64,000 nt of DNA, taken from assembly GCF_025526975.1 (NCBI RefSeq), contig NW_026515672.1, positions 248,001-312,000 on the forward strand. Direction: 5' to 3'. Below the pieces are notes generated by a model. The model ran no database searches and was not told the origin of the DNA. It saw only the letters and a program-made list of their open reading frames with translations. The DNA comes from Fimicolochytrium jonesii. Taxonomy: Eukaryota. Shown here piece by piece: positions 1-11,474 of the stretch (within the stretch, counting starts at the first letter, position 1; every line of letters starts with the position of its first letter). The position numbers and the translations under genes are program-made.

Positions 1-231
1 TTCGCCCGCGTGCCATACATTTCCTCGGCTATGCAAGCTTCACTCTCTCCCGGCGTTCACAGGCGACCGATCCTGGGCCTTTGAACCGACCAGCGAGCCA
101 AGCCCACTCAAGAATAACAAGAAGAGTGCTTCAGCTTCTCAATTATCTGACCGGGGAGGCCCTTCTCCCATAGTCCGACGTCGTCTGTTTCGGTCAGGGA
201 AAGTCGACTGTCATATTCATTCGCAACTCAC

Positions 232-340
232 CTTGACGTGTGACGGCGGCGACAGAGAAGGCCCTGGTAGCCATCGCTGGCCTAACAGCGACGGCGAACG
301 CCCTTGAGGAGCGAGCAACGGCACGGATGAGAGGCGACAT
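232..340 (-). CDS. First exon of a gene for a mitochondrially targeted protein; the rest is unresolved and probably runs off the left edge
   Basis: ATG at 340 gives MSPLIRAVARSSRAFAVAVRPAMATRAFSVAAVTRQ, an Arg/Ala/Ser-rich presequence with no acidic residues and an RAFS motif. A GTGAGT donor follows at 231. Confidence 0.6.
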
Positions 341-647
341 GACTTGTGATTGATTGCTAATTGAGTTTCCGTTGGAGTTCGTATAGTACGCAAACGTGAG
401 GTTCAAGGTCCAGGTTGTCTTTCCCGTCGTCACTGGACGGTGATGAGAGAGTTTAATGTAAAGCACGTGAAACCGCAATAAACTCACGAACGCGCGTTTG
501 TCACTCTGGACATGGACACCGCGCTGCTGTTGAATTTCCAGAACTCGAAGTAAGCGGAAACGGACGGCGAGAATTGTCGGAATTGTTGGAATTGTGTCGG
601 CCGTTCGTCAAAGCCTATGCCTGTGCCCTCGCTATTAGGAGCCGAAA

Positions 648-3600
648 ATGAGCGACGAAAAGAGAGCGGAGAGGCTTTTGAAGCGGGCGAAGCCATTCCT
701 CGACGAAAAGCTGAAAGCTAAACAGAGACTGACCGCTCTGTCCAGCTTTGTCGGTAACTTGAACGTCGTTTACTTTGTGCAGAAGTCTGGGGATAGACTC
801 GACGCTAATATCAACATCCTTGTTTGTGCCTTCCTTCAGAGAACTCCAATGTGCAGGAGCAACAGAAGTTTTTTCACGAGCATGATTACCAGATATACAC
901 CGTCATGTTCGATTGCTTTACGCATCAGGTGGACAAAATCAAAAGTAGGATCAGGCGATATCACTGCGGTGTCCGCTTTTGATAATCTCTGATGTCCATG
1001 CGCGTTCCAGCACGAGAAAAACCAGACAAGCCGGTTTCCATAAACAGTAAAGAGGTGGCTGATTTACTGCGATCTTTGCAGATCTTGAAGAAGATCATAG
1101 TCTATCTCCCCGAGAAGATGAGAGCTGGTTGGCAAAGGCGAAGCATAGGTACCGGCTGTGTCCTCTCTTGGGTATTGTGCAACCATTGTGCTTACCCCTC
1201 TCCATCCTCTTCAGTGGGAATCCTCCAGGCCTTACTCGTAACAGGCAACCATGTCAAGCTACGCATCGAAGGACTCCGACTTTTGCTTCTATACCTCGCC
1301 CAGCAACCGCCAGAAGTACAGGATACGATCCCTCTGTACGCCAACGCTATTTCATTATCCGTATTTGATGCTTTCGTCATCCCCCCGCCAATAGCAACTG
1401 CGCATACCTACTGCGAAAATCAGGGAATAGATAGTCTGTTGCCGACGGAGGGTGTTGCCGTCTGGAAGGGGGAGGGCAAAGGACAACTGAATCAGGATGT
1501 CATAGAATGGGAGAGACGAATACATACGCTCAACGGGCCCGCATCCGTGGGCGGTTCAGGAGGCAGCAGCAGTATGTGCAATATTTGTCATCTTTCGCGA
1601 GAGCAATCAATTCAGACGAATCTTCCACCCTTAGCCATGGATAGAACGGTGCTGCTTCCTAGCTCGACGCCCTTTACGATTTACGACGCGATGGACATGT
1701 TCGAGGAGATCTTATCACATCTGGTTATAGTGGCTGGTGAAACACCTGCAACTCAATCGACGGCGACGGCGAGCCTGCAAGTTCCAAGTGTAAGAGGTCA
1801 TCGGGGCTCGGTCGTGGAAAAGGTACACCCGGAAGCTAAGGAGACGGAAGTCGGGACTGATGCCCCGAACGTGAGCACGCCCTCAGTGAGCAGAAACGGT
1901 TCTCTCGCCGCCACGGACACAACGCCAGCGAAATCCATACTCGACATTTCTGCTCAGCCGGCGGATGGCCTCTCCATTATGTGGGGCCATTTCCGAAATC
2001 ATTATCTCAGGTTGCTTTTTCCACAAGTGGCACGGCTGTCGGGAATGCAGGTTTCAGATGAAGAAGGTATGCGCTGGCTACCCTTTGCTTAAAAGGGGTT
2101 CGCTTTGGCATCATAAACTCCGCGCCCGGTTCTCTAACATCTAACAGGGTTCGCCACATGTCCCCCTCAGCTTCTTCATGCACTCTTGAATTTCCTTATC
2201 CGGAATTGCGTCGACTCGTCGGTCAACACATCTTCGACTTCGTTGCGACGGCTGTTGCTCAGTGGGGATGTCCAGAATCTGGAACTAGTACACGAGTGGA
2301 TTCATCAGGCCATGTTACTGCCCTATGTCTGGAGCGACGTTATGAGAGGGGCCATAGCAATTGTGCGAGTGTGGTGTGCCCAAGCGGTGGGTTGAATAAA
2401 AGTGACTTTGCTGCAGAGGGGAAGCAGGCGGCATCAGAACTGAGTGTAGGGAACTTTAGGATGAGGAGCGCCCGCCCTTTCTTCAGATGTTCTCCCCCGA
2501 GGCAGTGTCGCCGGTTGAGGGTCCTGGGGGCGACGTCGATAGTTACCTGCGCCGTTATATTCGTTATCTTCGCCTGGCTTTCTCAGTGAAAGTTGATGAT
2601 GTGGAGCACATGGATCACCAGGTACACACATTCGTCGAGTCCTCTCCCAGAACCTCTGGCAAATTGTGAGACTAAAACTTCCACATACATGTAGCTTGCG
2701 ATTTTCCGAGAAGTCATATTCCTGTTCCGTTCCTTTACTCTTGACACTATGCAACCATCGCTCACTCCTCAATCCTGGCACACCCTCTTCGCGACTCTGT
2801 TTGATGTCACCGTGCACTTGCTTTGCAGACCGAGTCCTACAGCAGTCGTTCGTGACTCGGCCATGGCCATTGAAATTGCGGATTTACTACTGGAGACAGC
2901 ATTCATAACGGCTGTGAGAAGCGGAATCAAGGATGATGATCTATGGAGCACACTAAGATCGATATTGCAGAGGTGTACCCGTTGGGCGGAATGTATTGGC
3001 AATTGGGAGGTGCGTACAATCACGCCACTGCTTGGAGCCTCGGTATCATCTGACCACATCTCATGTAGACCACGTTGACGACGCTGACTACAATACTAGC
3101 AACGCACACATATTCCGTGGAACTGGACCCTTTGCATCAACTCAAGCATCGTGCCAATCAGAACGCCGCATCTGCATCTCCTTCAACTCACATTGGACAC
3201 CATCCTCCTCACCGCGCTCCGGCTTCCGTGTCTTCTTTCGTCACCCATCATTCTTCGTCTTCATCAAAGCGCGACCGGTCCAACTCATTTATAGCGAACA
3301 CACTCCATCGAGGTGCTGATGCCAAAAAGCGGGCGAACACAGAGGTCTCTTCGAATTCCTTGAAGGGCGCGAGGAGTGACCCAGAGGTGTTTGTGGGAGG
3401 CGGGAAGAGTCAGACGGCAGAGAGTCCGAGAACGTGGGGACTTGGAGCGTTTGGAACATCTAAACGAGATGTAGACCGGCATGTGGAAGGCGAAGAGACG
3501 GTGGGCGAAGCGTTGGTGTTGAATAAGAGAACCTTTGCGGTACGCACCTGCAAGCCGGAGATGCACAAGGGCGAAACAAGATGAGTTTGCTGACCGGAAG

Positions 3601-6600
3601 ACGTCATTCAGATTCTGGGTCAAGCCAAGGGGTCGAATGTGTCGTTGTCGAATCTCACCCCCGAGTCCAAAAACAAGTAAGGTCAAAAATGGAGATCTTT
3701 CCGGGGAACATACACTCACGACTAGAACGCCCGCACTATCAGCCCTGCTCAGTCTCCCATCCCCGTTTATCATCGTCCAACTCCATCCGCGGACTTCATG
3801 GACCTCATCAGCCTTCCCATTTGGGACGAAACCTCGGCGTCTTTTATGTGGAAGAATGTGCTTTGCATCCTCGGTGATATAAATCAAATAGAAAACCAGC
3901 AGAGGCATGCTGAGGCCATGAGGTGCTTGGCAAAGATCTGGGGAGTCTTGGAGAAGGTGAGGCCTATGGTGCCGACATCGATCAGGGACCGTCGCCAACC
4001 GTTTCAGATGATAGATACGGTTGGCACAGCTGTACGAGAAGGAGAATGGCGGGGATCTGAAGATGCCACCGTTGTTCGAGTTTACGACGTGGTTCTTGAA
4101 AGGAGCAGATATGGATGAGTAAGCGCAGTATCCATGCATCTGATAACGAGTTGCTTTCATTTACATGTGACACTCACTCTCATTAAGCGAGTACGCAGAC
4201 GGCCGCGCAATTGCCTACGGTGCCCTTTGTCGGATAATGTGGCGACGGCACGATCAGCCTTTCTTGGAGGATTACTATCCACATTTCTACCGGCTTCTGA
4301 CTAAGGTAATGTTGCCATATCCAAGTACAGGTTGTCGGTCGGTCACTGATTCAAGCCTCCCAACGCTGCGGATGCAGGGATTGAGCAGCAGTGACCCACA
4401 AGTGATAACTGCCATCCTTTCGAACTCCCGAAAGCTTTTCGTGCTGGGCCTACCAGGAAGCTATATACTTGTCAAGCCTTTCCTTTGCTGCATAAGAAAC
4501 ATGGTATGTTGATCACAGGACATGTTGGCATTCGTGTGTGACACTGACGCCACATCTCTGGTTATGCTCAACAGTCTGGTACTTCATACACACCTGGTAT
4601 CCTCAATCTCCCCGCTACCGTTCACCAAAACGCAATCACAATCCTTCAGTCCCTCATCTCGGTTCCGAATCATTACACGACCCCAACGCCCACAATCCGT
4701 CGGCCGGGAAGCGCCCCACCACACATGCAGTCCTCATCAAGCGCCTCTCCTCGGACCCTTGCGCCATCCCGAATGACGAAGGGAGAGGATTTGCAGGTCG
4801 GATCAGATTACTCCATAAATCGCGAACGCCATGGCATCCACAGATCCAGCCCAAAATCGATCGTCACCTCGAGCCTGGGTGTGCTACCACCGCCCTTGTT
4901 GACACCGTCACCAGCCAGTCTTGTGGCAGCAGCAAGGACATGTTCTTCGGAGATAAGCGCTCCTACTGCAAGGACCGCCAAGACATTTGCGGCCTCCATG
5001 ACGCAATTGACCACCCGCGGGAAGTATGAAGATACTGCCAGATCACATCCTATCAGTTTGACCTCCGATGTGGCGGTTCAAGAAACACGGGGTGTCAGCC
5101 ATCCTGACCTCACACTGGGTTTAACTTCAACGCCACACCGTACTACGGGTGGAACGCTGTTTGGCGTGCCAAGTATCGGTGACGCCGCTGAGCAATTGGA
5201 GAGCTATGTTCCGTCGGGGGGCAAAATCATTTCCTCGGAAGAAATGAAACTTGCTATCAAAGACACGCTTGTCTTCCTTTTATCGTCCTCGCCAGAAGAT
5301 CGGGATATCACATCGCTGCAAATGCTCAACTGGTCTGTCGCGACAATGCTCTTTGACGAGATTGTCAATTCTGCAAACCCCAATAAAGCAGTACTGGATG
5401 ACTGCTTGAGCGCTTTGTTGCGAAACCTCACGCACCGTGATGTCGCCGTCGTATATGCGGCGAGCGATGGATTGAGCTTGTTAGCCCAGAACCGAGATAT
5501 TCTGGGAAAACTGGACAAGGTGAGTTACGCATTCACACGAAAGCACGCCCTAGCTCCTCTGTTCTGTAAGAAGGGCCCTTCCCTAAGAGCGCTCCTTTGA
5601 GCCATCAATAGCATATGCTGCAATTCGTCTTGGAAACCCTTGTGAACACCACGATGGATTTGCTGCTATTACAGCATGGACATTCCGGTAGTCAAGTGCG
5701 AGGTAAGCTCCACTTCGAGCAGCTTGTTGGGGAAACCTGCGATCGATATTCAAGTGTTATTATCCAGCGCTTTGCGTCTCTAGACTCCTGTACTGTCTCC
5801 TCGATTGGGTCATGATATTCCCGGACGATGTTCGCGATTACACCAAGCTCGCCGACATGATATTTGATGTCATCGAACAGGCTTTGAACGTTCCTTTGGA
5901 AGTCGATATATCAGTATCATCTGTAAGTTTGCAGTCATGAGGTTTCTTGGAATGTTCAGAGCCGCCGCAATGGAAGTTAATAGAGTCTTGGATTTGTAAG
6001 CAGGGCGACAGTGAACGAGGTCAACCGGTTCCTTTCAAGCGCGGCGGACGGACGAGTGTGTACGAAGGGAATATCTTTCAGCGTCACTCTTCCGATGGCG
6101 GTCGACCTGGGCCGGGCGATAAAGCAGATGCAGTTGCAGCGGCACCACTTAGCGCTGTAACCGGAGGAAAGGGCATGGAGGATGCGGCAGGCAATACAAT
6201 GATCAAGGTGAGACGCCGTTGTTGTCGTTACTTGGGCTCGCGATGTGCGATATTAAACGGAACCCTTAGGATACAGCAGAAATCGTTCTGACACATATAT
6301 TGAATCATGTACATAACTTCGCCCCACCATATGGGGCTGCAATGATGGGAAGGTACGACCGATAATCGAACGACACTGCCGTCTGAAGAGCATTTTTTGC
6401 TGATTTTAAAAATGTCCCTATCTTCCAGCCAAATCTTAGACCCCAGCCTGCAGGAGGAAGGGAGCCGACGGGAATCGGACAAGTATCTGTATTTCTCGTT
6501 TAACCGCACGACGCTGATCACGTTGGTCGAGATACCCGGACGGACGCCCCTAGGTACGTCGGGACATCCCGTGATGGATGCATGTCCTTGTCTAACCCTT

Positions 6601-8833
6601 CGATTTTGGTGCCTCCTCTGTTACTAGACACACGGGCCCGTCTGATCATTCGGGACATGAGTGGCCGGTACTGCTGGGACTCAAGCTTATTCTACGAGAG
6701 CCTGCATAACATGCGGAAACGACTGCATTCGGGCCGGAGCAACGTCTTCAATGACATTTCGAATCGTTTCGCCGCGGATCCGTGTCAATATCGCGGTGTT
6801 TCGCAGAGTTTGATCTTTCCGGAAGGGGTGGGATTGGAGAGTCACCCCAGAGAGTTGGAAGCGTGAGTTCATTGACTTACTGAGGATTGTTCAGCCCCTG
6901 GACAATCAGATACTGAATGCAAATGATTACAGAGATTCTGTTACATACCACCGAAATGAGGAAGATATGCCCATATTTCGAGCGGACGCCGGCGTCGAGT
7001 CTGCCGATATGCTTGACGAACTTCTACAGTTGTAAATGTTGGTGTGTTTCTGCCCCTAGCTGTGATTGTGCGCTTAATTGCCGTTCGATGTTTCAGCATC
7101 GGTCAAACCCATACAGACTGCCTCCTTGAACCCGACACACCGCTCAACGTCCCTTCCGATATCCATCCGCCCATGAAAGAAGCGGTTCAGGAAACATCCC
7201 GACTGATGCAACGCCAGCTGGATAACGAGGTTGACTGCACCCGGAACTTCCTTTCCAACACATCCTTCCGCAACCGCACATCCAGCATCGACACGAATCT
7301 TGCGAGATCCGATAGTGTGAACCAGCTCAGTATACCGTCGAGCGGGGGTGACGGCGCTCTGCGTCGTAGAGCAACTGTCGCCCACGTTCCAGTCGGGATA
7401 GGCAACCAATGGGATACTTTGCGGCGGACGCCATCTTCATTCGATACCCTGGAACTTCCACCTACGAAGGACTATCTCCATGTCACACCCTCCACGCATC
7501 TCAGAGTCACTCCACCGTTTCAACGGGCTAGGCTGCTGCTGAGCCATTTGGGCTTGATTGACTTTGACAGTCTGAGAGATGGTGAACTGTGCTTATTGGC
7601 TGAAACTCCGGCGCTATTCCGGGATGTCAAGGTTCTAGACCGGAAACATGGGTAGGCAGCAATAGTAATCCTCGGAGGTAGGGCAATTTTGCTAACGCAC
7701 GCTTTCTAGCCGGGAGACCATCAAAGTTGCCGTCATCTATGTTGCCCCGGGGCAAGAGGACGAACATAGCATTTTCAGAAACGAGAGTGGAAGTGTCGAG
7801 TATGAAGCATTTGTTTCTAGCTTAGGATGGGATGTGCGTACAGCACTGCTTGTTCCTCGCCGTCCAACGTCAGCCGAACTCAATCATATCTCCTTCCTGA
7901 CAGGTGGATTTGGGATCCCACCCTGGTTTCGTTGGTGGACTGGAACGGAGCCTCGCCAACGGCAAGACCGCGACGTACTTTTGCACATCCACATACGAGA
8001 TCCTATTCCACGACGTGACCAAGATGCCCGTCGATCAACACGATGCTAAGCAGTTGAAGAAGGTAGGCCCGTTAAATGAGACTGCTTGGTCTGATCAGGT
8101 CCCTGTTCCGATACCTGCTTGCTCACATTCATTACCGGTACAGAAACGACACATTGGCAACGACCAAGTCCACATCGTGTGGAACGAGCACCACCGGGAC
8201 TACCGCCGCAACACCATCGGCGGTGACTTTGGCAACGCTCAAATAATCGTCACGCCTCGCACGGATGGTCTCTATTCGATCGAGGTGCTTCGAGACGAGA
8301 AGGTGCCTTCCTTCGGACCCTTACATAACGTCACCGTGGTCAGTAAGAGCATTCTGGGGCCTCTCGTGAGACAGACGGCTCTAAACGCCTATCGCGCTAC
8401 GCTGGCGATGGGGGACATGGCGGCTGCGACCACTATGCTTGTCGGAGGCAAACAAGGGGGCAAAGGCGCTGTGGGTGGCACCAGCCATACCGCATCCATA
8501 TCATCTGCTACCTCAATATCATCCGCCCGCACGGCGCCATCATCACATGCTGTTCCGCTCCAGCCTCGTCATGCTTTCGCCGCTCGGCGCGAGGACATTG
8601 TTACCATCGCAGATCGCCACAAGTTGGGCAAATGGACATTTGAGAAGTTTATAGAGGCCGTATTTGCCACTGCGCCAGAGTTTAGCACCGGCCAGCAACG
8701 CCAAGAGTGCGTGTCCTCCTATGATTTCAATGAGAGTCCATCTCTCGGCAGTGGGGAGAGTAGCACCTCAGGGGCAAATGAGAGGAGCGGGCCAACAACA
8801 TTGACGAGGATCGTGTCGGGATTGGTAGCATGA
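648..8833 (+). CDS. RALGAPA: Ral GTPase-activating protein alpha subunit (RalGAPA-like), multi-exon
   Basis: N-terminal [41 protein letters not shown] resembles the RALGAPA1 N-terminus ([42 protein letters not shown]). C-terminal Rap-GAP domain [18 protein letters not shown]...[16 protein letters not shown] keeps the Asn thumb. Many canonical introns. Confidence 0.88.
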
Positions 8834-9217
8834 GATACCTCTGGACAGAGTTGCAGTTTCTGTTCATATGTACATTACGAAATCAAGTTGAATCGCAGGA
8901 AAGCCAGAGCGATTTCTTGTTCAATAAATGAAAATAAGTACAAGGCTAGTGGTATCTACAAATACAAAGCGTAACCCCTGTTACGCAAGTCACTCACTAC
9001 GCCTGGGGTAAGGAGGGGAAAGAATACAATACAAGAAGCTGGAAAGCGAGACAGGTGGCCGACCCTAGGGGTTCCAGCGAAAACCACCCTATGTCGATGG
9101 AGGAACGTCCATGAGATTGGTTGAAAGGCTATCTGGAAAGAATGCGATACGTGAGGACCCGTGCTGGTCAACCGGGCACTGTTGACCATCGGAATCCTCG
9201 ACCAAAGCATACATCGT

Positions 9218-9887
9218 TCATTCCTCGTCCATCACGACGTCCGCATCATCTTCATCGTCCTCCTCGAGGCCAGCCATGGTCTCATCTTGAGGGAGGTTGG
9301 CGAAGTCGATCTTCACGCCGCGGGTCCTTGAGTTTATGATGTTCGAGGCGTCGATTTCGACCAGGTCGTTCTCCTCTACAATCACGAAAGAAGAACATGA
9401 TGAGCAAGATGATTCGACATGGGGCGAGGCGACTCCGTTAAACGTTCGTGAAGATGCGGAATACTTACCCATCTCAAGCTCAGCCTCATCGTCCTCTCCT
9501 TCGTCCATCTTCTCGTCATCCTCTTCGCTTTCGGCCTCGATGATGTCCTCTTCCACGGGGACGGGGAGGACTAAATAGTGGCGAAGAATGTAGTTTCGGT
9601 CAGCGCTACGATCCGATGGCTGTGCGACGTGGGCACTACAAGTGGGTTAGACTTACCGGCAGTGGTCTCGGTCGTCATGACGGTTGTCTTGAGGAACTCG
9701 CCTTCCTTGGTGCTAAAATAAAGTAAGGAAGTGAGCACTGAGCACTAAAAGATCCAAACTGGCGAAGCAGGCGTGTGATCTTCGCCATGGTTTCCCGTGG
9801 ACGAAGGATCTTGGAAAAAGCGGAAACTTACGTCTGCTGAACCGTCTCGATGGCAACAACGGTAGCTTCTTCAGTGGTAGCGAGCAT
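9218..9887 (-). CDS. CHZ1: Histone H2A.Z chaperone Chz1-like acidic protein
   Basis: Four small exons encode a highly acidic protein with the CHZ motif ENDLVEIDASNIINSRTRGVKIDF (yeast-like DLAEIDTSNII..RRTRGKVIDY). Confidence 0.8.
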
Positions 9888-10288
9888 TTTGAGTGAGACT
9901 AAGTTTATAGGTGGGTTGAGTGAAGGGGAGTAGATTTGCAGTGGAGTTGGAAAGCGTGGGAAAAGAGCGTGGGAAAAAGAGGGAAGAGAGGGAAGGTGGC
10001 GAAGACGAGGGAGTCCGAGACACGTTGTCCGGACGGAAATAAACAATGCGGATTGATCACGTGCAGTCCTGTCTCATTTTAACCTCGAATGTGATACGGC
10101 GCCAACCTCCGTCAGTCGATTCCAACTTCCTTCAGAATCCCAGCAGCGCATCTGCAATTTGGGGCGCGAGAATAGGGACAAGCAACAGACCCGCCACACC
10201 TGAAGCACCCATTGCTGTCGACTCGCGTAAAACCACCCAACCCCATCCTTCCCTCCATCCTGCCCTCCATCACTCGCCAACGTCTACC

Positions 10289-10652
10289 ATGTCGGGTGCA
10301 CCAATAATCGTCACCTTCTTTCTTGTCCTCATCGCGGGCGCGGCAGCCTTCTACTACGTGCCAAAAAGCCAAGACCAAATGTAAGCTCGTCGTCTTGTCA
10401 GTCTGTAGTGGTCATTACCGTTCACACGCGCTCATGCATTTTCCCCTCTGTAGTTTATACCGAACGATGCTCGTCATAACGCTGACATGCACTTGGACAA
10501 TGTACGTGGGAGTTTTCATATGTTACTGCAGTATCCAAATCTGCTCATCATTGTGTACTCATCCTTACCTCGCATCCTTCAGGTGGGCCATAACATATCT
10601 AGCGCAACTCAACCCGCTGATAGCACCGGAGCGAGCGTTCGGGCACAAATAA
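10289..10652 (+). CDS. VMA9: V-ATPase V0 subunit e
   Basis: Three exons encode a small two-TM protein ending ...CTWTMWAITYLAQLNPLIAPE, the subunit e signature. Confidence 0.92.
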
Positions 10653-11474
10653 GCGATTCTCCGAATAATATGTATGCAATGTCCCCGCTCATGGGATTTG
10701 GCCGATATCTTGTATCCGTAATATCATGAGTATCCGTCTTTTGGAGGCACAGCGGCATGACGGTCACTTTGTGGCAATAAGTTATGGGATTTTTCATCCG
10801 GCATGCGGCGCACAGACGGATTCGAGCGATCTCTAGGTTTCTGGAGCTTCTGCTTTCGGCGCGCCAGGGGTTTTCCGAGGTAGAGGGTCTGATTTGGAGG
10901 GACATACGTGCCGGACTCTCACAGTCGTGGACTTGGTATTGGGCTGGTGACGATTGGATATGTGGGAGTAACGAGGAGGGAGAAGGCGGGTTTTCCCACG
11001 TCGCATCGAGGCCGGCTCAAGTATCCTTTTATGCTGTGGATATCGTGGAAACAATGCTCATGAGGAAAGGATATATTCTACAATGTAGTCTATTCTACCA
11101 TCAAGCCACTCGGTTTCCACATATCCCTACGCCCGTTTCCAAAACTATGAATGGCTTCCCATTTGCTTGATGCTTTTCCCTCCACAAGCGCGTCCTCCTC
11201 AGCCCGACACCCCGACTGGTGGTAGGCTCGGCATTTTCGGGCTGCTTGCCCTACATACGATATTGAATTTGGCGTGCTGCGAGGCGGTACCTGCACAGGC
11301 TCTTCGTTTGCATCTTCAGTTCCATCCGGATTGCCGTCGACTTGCTACAAACCCGGTGTTGGACTTGCCGTGCTGCTTCGAGTCGAGTCTATAGCCTCTT
11401 CTCTTCTTTCACGTCCTGAACAGAATCCGTCCCATCTACAGCCTGTTCCTCCACATCCTGCGCCGGAACCGTCT

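Noticed and set aside
1..340. Naming the left-edge mitochondrial gene (e.g. an ATP synthase or COX subunit), or an intronic snoRNA there
   Set aside because: Only the presequence exon is clear, and there are no convincing mature-domain or C/D box motifs.
11021..11030. GTATCCTTT, a perfect U12-type 5' splice site
   Set aside because: It lies in intergenic/3' sequence with no supported plus-strand gene, and I saw no TCCTTAAC-type branch site downstream.
10784..11170. 128-aa plus-strand ORF after VMA9
   Set aside because: No recognisable motif. It sits between converging 3' ends and is probably spurious.
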